From IMG/VR virus record IMGVR_UViG_3300021387_001614, positions 82,937-146,936 of that record: 64,000 bases of DNA; one strand, written 5' to 3'. The stretch is from a virus (Duplodnaviria; Caudoviricetes). Both the position numbers and the translations under genes were made by a program. Shown one piece after another: positions 56,404 to 64,000 of the stretch; position 1 is the stretch's first letter, and each line of letters begins with the position of its first letter. The notes below the pieces were generated by a model that saw only the letters and a list, made by a program, of their open reading frames with translations, did not search any database and was not told the DNA's origin.

Positions 56404-59400
56404 TTATTGTTCTACCTTTGTCCAACTATAATACCCTAAGTAATAATAATTCTTGTTCATCCACACATTATATCCAGTACTTCCTATCGGAACATATAAA
56501 TTCCCTCTGTATTTAATATCTGCAAATGTACTGCTTTTTATTGTTGGTGCTGTAGTTGCAAGGCAAGTAATTGTACCAAGTTTACTACAAACTCTAAATG
56601 CATTATCACCAATACTTGTAACACCACTGCCTATTGTTACACTTGTGAAACTACTGCAATTATAGAAAGCATAATCACCAATACTTGTAACACTGTCATG
56701 AATTGTTACGCTTGTTAAACTACTACAACCATAGAAAGCGTAATTACCAATACTTGTAACACTATCAGACATCGTTACGCTTGTAATACCGCCACAACTT
56801 CTGAACGCACTATTTCCTATAATAGTAGCATTGTTGCCAATTGTTACATTTTTTATTGATGTTTTTCCACTGAAAATAGAATTTAAACATGCATTGTTGT
56901 CTATAGTTACACTTGAAATACCATTGCAATTATAGAAAGCATTACTACCAATACTTGTAACACCACTGCCTATCGTTACACTTGCTAAACCGGAGCAATA
57001 TCCAAACGCTTGACTGCCAAGTATTTTAACATTATCAGGTATTGTTACACTTGTTAAACCACTGCAATTATAGAAAGCATTACCACCAATGCTCGTAACG
57101 CCATTTCCAATTGTTACACTTGTTAAACCACTACAATTCCAGAAAGCACTATTACCAATACTTGTAACGCCACTTGGTATTGTTATGCCGGTAAGTGATT
57201 TACAACCTTGGAAAGCACTATTACCAATACTTGTAACACCATTTCCAATTGTTACACTCATTAAACCACTACAATTAGAGAAAGTAGTATCACCAATACT
57301 TGTAACACTATCCGGAATTGTTATACTTGTTAAACCACTACAACTAGAGAAAGCCCAATTACCAATACTTGTAACACCACTACCTATTGTTACACTTGTT
57401 AAACCGTAACAACTTCTGAAAGCATAATCACCAATACTTGTAACACTATTTGGTATTGTCACACTTGTTAAACCACTACAGTTAGAAAAAGTAGTATCAC
57501 CAATACTTGTAACACTATCCGGAATTGTTATACTTGTTAAACCACTACAATTTTGGAAAGCATAAGTACCAATACTTGTAACACTATTTGGTATAACTGT
57601 ATTTTTGCACCCGGCAACCAATTCATTTGTGCTTGTTTTAATTATTGCATTGCAGCCATTGCGCGAATCATACGTTAAGTTATTGCCATTAACGGTAATA
57701 TCCGTAACATTAGCACAATCGCTAAAAGCACCATCACCAATACTTGTAACGCCACTATCTATTGTTACACTTGTTAAACCACGACAACCATAGAAGGCAT
57801 AATTACCAATACTTGTAACACTATCGGGAATTGTTACACTTGTTAAACTTCTACAACTAGCGAAAGCACTATTACCAATACTTGTAACACTATCGGGAAT
57901 TATCATGCTAGTTAAACCACTACAATAATAGAAAGCGTTACTACCAATACTTGTAACACTGTCAGGTATTGCTACATTTGTTAAACCCGTACAATTACTA
58001 AAAGTATAATCACCAATACTTGTAACACCATCTGGAATTGTTATACTTGTTAAACTACTACATTGTTGGAAAGCATAACTACCAATACTTGTAACTCCAC
58101 TCGGCATACTTATGCTGTCAAGTTTATTGCAATTAGTAAAAGCAGAAGCGCCAATGCTTGTAACGCTATTAGGTATTGTTACGCTTGTAAGACCAGTACA
58201 ATCTTGGAAAGCAGATGTGCCTATGCTTGTAACTGTATTTGGTATTGTTATATCACTTTCAGACCCTATATACTTAATAAGAACGTTATTTCTAATCACA
58301 AACCCATCAATAAATACATCTCCAACTATTGCTCCCCAATAATTATTTGCTTCCTCATCAAGACTACTGTTGTTTATAAAATTATTAGATGTAATCATTA
58401 TATTTTTAAACGCGCTTGAGCCTATTGTTGTTGCACCATTTCCAATTGTTATGCTTGAAACGCTTAAACAATTTATGAATGCCGCGTCACCAATATTTGT
58501 AACATTATTTGGTAAATTTATACTTGATAAACTACTACAATTTTGGAAAGCAGTGACACCAATACTTGTAACACCACTGCCTATAGTTACACTTGTTAAA
58601 CCACTACAATTTTGGAAAGCAGATTGACCAATACTTGTAACATTATCCGGAATTGTTACACTTGTTAAACCACGACAATTAGAGAAAGCAACATCGCCAA
58701 TACTTGTAACGCCACTACCTATTGATAAGTCTGTAAGGCCTGAACACCCATAGAATGTTGCACTTTTAATTTCAGTAACACCATTTCCTATTGTCACACT
58801 TGTAAGACCGGTGGCTTGATAGAAAGCAGATGAACCTATAGATGTAGTATTATCACCAATTGTTAGCGCTCTTATACTGTACGTACTGAAAATTCCGTTA
58901 TTTAATGCGGCGCTTGCATTGTATGTTATTGCCGTAAGATTGCTGCAATTATAGAAAGCATTACTACCAATACTTGTAACACCACTACCAATAGTTACAC
59001 TTGTTAAACCACTACAATAAGAGAAAGCGGCTTGCCCTATACTTGTAACATTATCGGGTATTGTCACACTTGAAAGTGATTTACATCCATAGAAAGCCTC
59101 TAGGCCAATAGTAGTTACTCCACTGCCTATTGATAGACTTGTAACTCCACTACAATTTTCGAAAGCATAATTATCTATTTTTGTAACACTATCTGGTATT
59201 GTTACACTTGTTAAACCACTACATTGAGCGAAAGCATACACGCCAATAATTTCAGCGCCATTATTAATTGTTAAACTTGAAATAGAGCTACAGCTTTCAA
59301 AAAAGCCCTGACCCATACTTGTTATGCCACTACCTATTGTTACATCTGTAAGACCATAGCAAAAAGCAAAGGCCCTATATCCTGTTGTTGTAACGCTATC

Positions 59401-61005
59401 TGGTATTGTTACGCTTGTTAAACTAGTACAATTATAGAAAGCATTACCACCAATGCTCGTAACACCACTACCTATTGTTACATCAGTTAATTTAGTACAA
59501 TAATAGAAAGCATTACCACCAATGCTCGTAACACCATTTCCAATTGTTACATTTGTTAAACCAGTACAACTTTGGAAAGCATAAGTGCCAATGGTTGTAA
59601 CGCCATTTATTGTTGCGCTTGAAAGACTATAAAAACCGTAAAAAGCATTAGAAGCAATATTTGTACAAAGTTCCCCAACTTCAGCACTTACACATGTTGC
59701 TGTATATGGCGTTATTTGTGATGATGTTAATGTTCCGCTGCCGGCTATTTTAACTCTATTTCCATTATTTAGAGTTAGCTTACAGAAGAATGGCAATTCA
59801 ATATCACCATCAGTACAATGTATAACTTCTATGTTTCCTTCCCATCCACCTTGAAGCGTTATATTTCCCCAATCTGCCTTTGTTGAGTTATAAGTTGCCT
59901 CTGATAAATTTATACAACCTGCAAATGCTCCACCTTGTATGGTAGTTATTCCGCTACCAATTGTTACATCTGTAAGACCGGTACAATTATTGAAAGCGGC
60001 TTGGTTAATACTTGTAACACTATCAGGTATAGTTACACTTGTTAAACCGTAACAACCATAGAAAGCACTACTGCCGATGCTTGTAACACTGTCTCCAATT
60101 GTTACACTTGTTAAACCGGTACAACTAGCGAAAGCACCACTGCCGATGCTTGGTACCGAATCGCCAATAGTCAGAGACTCAAGATTTGCCCATCCACTCC
60201 TAAATGAAGTAGTAGACTCGCATTGGGCGTTATAATTCAAAATTTTAAGATTTTCGGTTCCGCCAAATGCGCCGTTACCAATGCTTGTAACACCACTTCC
60301 CACCGTAATACTTGTTAAACTACCACAATAAGTAAACGCACTAGCGCCAATACTTGTAACACTGTCAGGTATTGTTATGTTTGTTAAACCGGTACAACTT
60401 TGGAAAGATTGATTACCAATACTTGTAACACTATTAGGTATTGTTACACTTGTTAAACCGATACAACTTTGGAAAGATTGATTACCAATACTTGTAACGC
60501 TGTCAGGTATTGTTATGTTTGTTAAACCGATACAACTTTGGAAAGAAGATTCACCAATACTTTTAACACTATTAGGTATTGTTATGTTTGTTAAACCAGT
60601 GCAAGAAGCGAAAGCACCACTACCAATACTTTTAACACTGTCAGGAATTGTTACCTCTGCTAAATTATAGCAATTACTAAAAGCACCAATTCCAATGTTT
60701 GTAGCATGAGCAAGTTTATATTTAACAGTATGTTCTCCAGTCGTATCAAATTGATAAGTGGTAATGGCCGTGCTTGGCAGCACTACGCCATCAACTTCAA
60801 TTTCTGAAAAAATCGTTGGATTTGAAACTATCTGTGTTGCTGAACTAGTGTCGGTTACATTAAACTTCGCCACAAGTGGCGGGTAATAGTTATAGTGAAC
60901 ACCGCTTTCATCGATGCAACGGCTAACATTAGGTCTTTTATAACTGCTACCACTAGCATATTCTTCATACTCTGCGTATGTATTAAATTCCTTTAAATAT
61001 AACAT
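56404..61005 (-). CDS. Giant BspA/TpLRR-type (LRR_5) leucine-rich repeat protein
   Basis: Roughly 50-55 copies of 23-aa LTSVTIP(D/N)SVTSIGxxAFxxCxx; no signal peptide; TATTTATA at 61025-61032. Confidence 0.95.
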   Translation of the reverse strand: MLYLKEFNTYAEYEEYASGSSYKRPNVSRCIDESGVHYNYYPPLVAKFNVTDTSSATQIVSNPTIFSEIEVDGVVLPSTAITTYQFDTTGEHTVKYKLAHATNIGIGAFSNCYNLAEVTIPDSVKSIGSGAFASCTGLTNITIPNSVKSIGESSFQSCIGLTNITIPDSVTSIGNQSFQSCIGLTSVTIPNSVTSIGNQSFQSCTGLTNITIPDSVTSIGASAFTYCGSLTSITVGSGVTSIGNGAFGGTENLKILNYNAQCESTTSFRSGWANLESLTIGDSVPSIGSGAFASCTGLTSVTIGDSVTSIGSSAFYGCYGLTSVTIPDSVTSINQAAFNNCTGLTDVTIGSGITTIQGGAFAGCINLSEATYNSTKADWGNITLQGGWEGNIEVIHCTDGDIELPFFCKLTLNNGNRVKIAGSGTLTSSQITPYTATCVSAEVGELCTNIASNAFYGFYSLSSATINGVTTIGTYAFQSCTGLTNVTIGNGVTSIGGNAFYYCTKLTDVTIGSGVTSIGGNAFYNCTSLTSVTIPDSVTTTGYRAFAFCYGLTDVTIGSGITSMGQGFFESCSSISSLTINNGAEIIGVYAFAQCSGLTSVTIPDSVTKIDNYAFENCSGVTSLSIGSGVTTIGLEAFYGCKSLSSVTIPDNVTSIGQAAFSYCSGLTSVTIGSGVTSIGSNAFYNCSNLTAITYNASAALNNGIFSTYSIRALTIGDNTTSIGSSAFYQATGLTSVTIGNGVTEIKSATFYGCSGLTDLSIGSGVTSIGDVAFSNCRGLTSVTIPDNVTSIGQSAFQNCSGLTSVTIGSGVTSIGVTAFQNCSSLSSINLPNNVTNIGDAAFINCLSVSSITIGNGATTIGSSAFKNIMITSNNFINNSSLDEEANNYWGAIVGDVFIDGFVIRNNVLIKYIGSESDITIPNTVTSIGTSAFQDCTGLTSVTIPNSVTSIGASAFTNCNKLDSISMPSGVTSIGSYAFQQCSSLTSITIPDGVTSIGDYTFSNCTGLTNVAIPDSVTSIGSNAFYYCSGLTSMIIPDSVTSIGNSAFASCRSLTSVTIPDSVTSIGNYAFYGCRGLTSVTIDSGVTSIGDGAFSDCANVTDITVNGNNLTYDSRNGCNAIIKTSTNELVAGCKNTVIPNSVTSIGTYAFQNCSGLTSITIPDSVTSIGDTTFSNCSGLTSVTIPNSVTSIGDYAFRSCYGLTSVTIGSGVTSIGNWAFSSCSGLTSITIPDSVTSIGDTTFSNCSGLMSVTIGNGVTSIGNSAFQGCKSLTGITIPSGVTSIGNSAFWNCSGLTSVTIGNGVTSIGGNAFYNCSGLTSVTIPDNVKILGSQAFGYCSGLASVTIGSGVTSIGSNAFYNCNGISSVTIDNNACLNSIFSGKTSIKNVTIGNNATIIGNSAFRSCGGITSVTMSDSVTSIGNYAFYGCSSLTSVTIHDSVTSIGDYAFYNCSSFTSVTIGSGVTSIGDNAFRVCSKLGTITCLATTAPTIKSSTFADIKYRGNLYVPIGSTGYNVWMNKNYYYLGYYSWTKVEQ

Positions 61006-61049
61006 AGATTTATAAAATGTTTCTTATAAATAAATATGGATACAAAAAT

Positions 61050-61079
61050 AAAATGCAGCCATTTCTGACTGCATTTTTT
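61050..61079 (-). terminator. Intrinsic terminator (identical to 19984-20009)
   Basis: AAAATGCAGCCATTTCTGACTGCATTTTT. Confidence 0.7.
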
Positions 61080-61103
61080 ATAGAGTTTATATATCTTACG
61101 CCA

Positions 61104-63695
61104 TTAAGGATTAGCAGGTGATGAATAGAAACCACAATCCCAAGTGCTATCCAAATACAAACCATCATTAGTAATTTGTAATGCATTACCGCTATTAGAA
61201 GCATATTGTGCGGTAATGTCTGTTGATGTTGTACTGTCATCAAGTATCAGACTGATAGTTTGACCTTTGTTTGATTTAGTTGAAGCAGAGATTGCTTCAC
61301 TACCGGTAACACCTGTTAACATATCAGTGTCAACACTTGCAATTGCAGCATCCAACAGAACATCTGCATTGTTCAAACTTGTTGCGCCACTAATATAGGT
61401 TACACCAGTATTTGCTGCATATGTATCACCGGTTTGTCCATCAACGGCTTTACGTGCTGCAATCTCAGCAGTTAAGGCACTTGCAGATGCGATATCACTT
61501 TCATTAACAGTAAAGGTTGTTTCGTCACCTGTTTTAGCAGATGATACCGTAACATGCGTATTGGCTGTGTCAGCAGTAACCACAATACTTTGTCCTTCAA
61601 GGTCGTCGATTTGTTTCTCAAGTTTACCGATAGCCTCGTTAACACTGTCTGTTGCTGCAACATCAGCGGCGGTTTGAGCCTTTGTATAACCACTCAATTT
61701 AATCTTACTACCATCTGTAATAACATCGTATTCGATTGTACCATCAGAAGCAGAAGACGAAGAAACAGTAATACTGCTATTAGAAGAACCTATTTCGGTC
61801 ACAGTCTTTCCACTCAACTCAGTAAGACCACTTGCGGAAGCAACATCACTCTCACCAATGGTATATGTAACGGAACCATCGTCGCCCGTTGAACTTGTTA
61901 AAGTTAAGTGACTTGCCTTAGCATCCTTTTCTACCTTTGTTGTGGCAGCAGCCTTAGCCTTATCAACCTGATTCTCAAGTTTGCTAATTGCTTGATTAAC
62001 AGTATCTGTAGCAGCAACAGCATCACTATTAGTACCCTTTGCGTAGTTATTTAATACTGCCTCAGAAACATTTGCACGTGTCTTAACTGAAACAATACCG
62101 TCAGCTTCCTGAATTGCAGCAACATATTGTCCTGCGGCAGCAGTGTCATCTGTTACGTCAAGTGCATTAACTTTAGCATCAATTGCATCCTGAACACCTG
62201 CAAGTTTAAAACCGTCAGCGCCAACAGTTAAGAAAGTCTCAGATGTTGGGTCAACAACACCGTGAGCGATATGGTCTGTTACAGTAACACCACTTGCGAA
62301 CTCGGTTTCAAGGACAAGTTCAGACATGTCAACATAAGTGGTTTGAGTTTTACCAGAAACATCAATGTAAGTATATTCAAGATTTTGGGCGTGTTCACCT
62401 GTTGTAATGTAATTGATACTTACAATGTGACTGTCCTTTGGAACATCAATGCTATCACCAATCTTTATGTTATCTGAATCACGGAGTTCATAACTCTCCT
62501 TAATTTCTGCCGAAAGACCTGTAGTAATTTTAACAAGGTTAAGGTTGGTATAAATACCACCACCATTAGCATCTTTCTTAAGAACCTTTTCACCGGATTT
62601 AATATTGACATTAATATCTGTACCACTTGCACCCGTTGTTACATTAATAGAACCGTCGGCGTTAGCTATTGTAATAGCGGCTGCTTTATTTTCCAACTTA
62701 CTCAATGCAGCATTAATGGTATCGCCAGAAGCAATGTCACCAGTTGCGGCAGTATCCTTAGCATAGCCGCCTAACTGAAGGTCTTTAACATTAGCCTTTG
62801 TTTCAGTTACTTTACCGTCAACCTCAGTAACGGTTGTGACAACTTGACCATCTTGAGCGTCGGCTGCCTTATCCATTGCGTTAATTTGCGCCTGCAATTT
62901 TCCAAGTGCTTCACCAAGAGTGTCGGTAGCAGCAATATCAGCATCACTGCCCTCTGCATAACCATCAAGTTTAACGCCGGTTAAGTTAGCGGCTGTTGCT
63001 GTAATTGCACCCTTGTCCTGAGTAACATCAACAACAACTTTACTTTCACCACCTACAGAAGATGCATCAGGAAGGGTTGCTGTTGTTGCACTGACAACAC
63101 CGTTTTCTTCCGTCACATTGGTTACATAAACGCCTGTGCCTGTGGTTACGCCTGTGTAGTCAAGGTCTGCAATTTTGCTATCAATTTTGTCATCAATCTC
63201 AGCAAGAACAGCCTCAACTGTTCCACCGGAGAACTTACCGGCGGTGTCTGCAACATTCACGAACTCGGCATTGATTGTACCAGCAGTTGCCGAAACCGCA
63301 CCAAGAGACTCACTTACTGCTGTAATTGGTTTTCCTGCTTCACTGATTGCAGCAACAGTAGGGAGTGTTTCACGTGTTACAGAAATAACACCATCAGTTT
63401 CGTCAACCTTGCTTACATAACTACCCGTAACTGCGGTGTCAGTATAATCAAGTTCATCTATACTGCTACTATCAAATACAGTAACTATTGCACTTTGACC
63501 ATTATTGTGAGCAATACCAAGCAATGTCTTAATTGCGCTGTCCGGTCCATTAGTATAATAACGAGCGATGATTGGCATACCATCCTTTAAGACTTTTGGG
63601 TTAATATTGTTGTCCTCAAGAGCGGCTTTAGCGGTTGCCTTATCAGCAAAAGGTGCACTTAATTGGTTTCTAAATAATTGTATAAATTTAGCCAT
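61104..63695 (-). CDS. Large A/T/D/S-rich fibre/appendage protein
   Basis: 863 aa; four repeats of Y.......(I/V)A..D(T/S)...A..KL and repeated V..V.E.DG...T modules; TATTTAT at 63733-63739. Confidence 0.75.
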   Translation of the reverse strand: MAKFIQLFRNQLSAPFADKATAKAALEDNNINPKVLKDGMPIIARYYTNGPDSAIKTLLGIAHNNGQSAIVTVFDSSSIDELDYTDTAVTGSYVSKVDETDGVISVTRETLPTVAAISEAGKPITAVSESLGAVSATAGTINAEFVNVADTAGKFSGGTVEAVLAEIDDKIDSKIADLDYTGVTTGTGVYVTNVTEENGVVSATTATLPDASSVGGESKVVVDVTQDKGAITATAANLTGVKLDGYAEGSDADIAATDTLGEALGKLQAQINAMDKAADAQDGQVVTTVTEVDGKVTETKANVKDLQLGGYAKDTAATGDIASGDTINAALSKLENKAAAITIANADGSINVTTGASGTDINVNIKSGEKVLKKDANGGGIYTNLNLVKITTGLSAEIKESYELRDSDNIKIGDSIDVPKDSHIVSINYITTGEHAQNLEYTYIDVSGKTQTTYVDMSELVLETEFASGVTVTDHIAHGVVDPTSETFLTVGADGFKLAGVQDAIDAKVNALDVTDDTAAAGQYVAAIQEADGIVSVKTRANVSEAVLNNYAKGTNSDAVAATDTVNQAISKLENQVDKAKAAATTKVEKDAKASHLTLTSSTGDDGSVTYTIGESDVASASGLTELSGKTVTEIGSSNSSITVSSSSASDGTIEYDVITDGSKIKLSGYTKAQTAADVAATDSVNEAIGKLEKQIDDLEGQSIVVTADTANTHVTVSSAKTGDETTFTVNESDIASASALTAEIAARKAVDGQTGDTYAANTGVTYISGATSLNNADVLLDAAIASVDTDMLTGVTGSEAISASTKSNKGQTISLILDDSTTSTDITAQYASNSGNALQITNDGLYLDSTWDCGFYSSPANP

Positions 63696-63739
63696 TTTAA
63701 AATTCTTTTTCTTTTACAATTTTATTTTATTAATAAATA

Positions 63740-63772
63740 GGGAAAAGGTGTTAAAAGTTTTTACCTTTTCCC
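63740..63772 (-). terminator. Hairpin/terminator abutting a late promoter
   Basis: GGGAAAAGGT/ACCTTTTCCC stem just after stop 63783. Confidence 0.6.
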
Positions 63773-63782
63773 CATATTTTTT

Positions 63783-64000
63783 TTAATCAACGGCGTAAAC
63801 GCCAAAGTCAAAGTTGCCTTCAATCTTTGTTACGTCGAGACCGAGTTTCACAACTGAGCCTTCCTTTACAATCTGAACACCGTTGCCGGGATTCTCATAT
63901 ACAGGAATTGTCTCATCGCCCGTAAGCTTAACGACGTTAGTAACACCGCTTACGCCAATATCATCAATTTGCTCTTGAAGACTAATTAATGCTTCTGATG
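63783..64000 (-). CDS. C-terminal end of another fibre-like protein (partial)
   Basis: Absent from the track; hand translation ...SEALISLQEQIDDIGVSGV...KIEGNFDFGVYAVD*, open from the right edge. Confidence 0.75.
   Translation of the reverse strand, partial: SEALISLQEQIDDIGVSGVTNVVKLTGDETIPVYENPGNGVQIVKEGSVVKLGLDVTKIEGNFDFGVYAVD

Noticed and set aside
56450-60700. CRISPR-like array suggested by regularly spaced CCAATACTTGTAACAC
   Set aside because: The period is 69 bp (23 codons) within one open frame, and the intervening sequences are homologous LRR codons, not unique spacers; no cas genes.
1-64000. Stop-codon reassignment (TAG to Gln as in Lak-type phages, or TGA to Trp)
   Set aside because: ORFs of 900-1540 aa and all core enzymes are uninterrupted in code 11 with dense packing. 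TGA ends several coupled genes. TAG is rare (22276, 24503, 40033), but no gene is visibly split by it.
1-64000. tRNA, rRNA, integrase or host chromosomal flank (prophage boundary)
   Set aside because: No cloverleaf or rRNA-like segment was recognised in the short intergenic gaps, and no integrase. Host-like genes (metK, nrdDG, guaC) are interleaved with phage genes and share their signals. A tRNAscan run would be needed to be certain.

Overview
AT-rich 64 kb segment of a large, T4-like (myovirus-type) jumbo phage genome read in the standard genetic code; no cellular housekeeping operons, rRNA, tRNA or CRISPR array were seen. Six clean TTTG-N19/20-TAnnTTTG promoters and A-rich, Shine-Dalgarno-less start regions point to a Bacteroidota host, and the class III RNR points to an anaerobe. 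Replication and metabolism genes: family B DNA polymerase, SNF2 helicase, intein-containing DnaB/gp41-like helicase, 5'-3' exonuclease, nrdD/nrdG, metK, GMP reductase/IMPDH-like enzyme, four glycosyltransferases and a phage sigma factor. Virion genes: gp13-like and probable gp14-like neck proteins, gp5/gpV-like spike, BppU-like protein, several large modular fibre proteins and a 1533-aa BspA-type LRR protein. The most notable pattern is a coherent late programme, mostly on the minus strand. Genes are preceded by TATTTAT(A), the reverse complement of the T4 late promoter, and about ten unrelated proteins share an N-terminal LTESDL..IVKES-type leader fused to different cargoes (ADP-ribosyltransferase-like, PRTase, WYL, small acidic), suggesting a capsid-packaged effector system. 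Also noted: a T4-style hairpin enclosing a late promoter, a circularly permuted FISUMP domain, DNA-level module sharing between fibre genes, an orphan IS200/IS605-type end and a candidate origin. All family assignments come from motif recognition by eye, not database searches.
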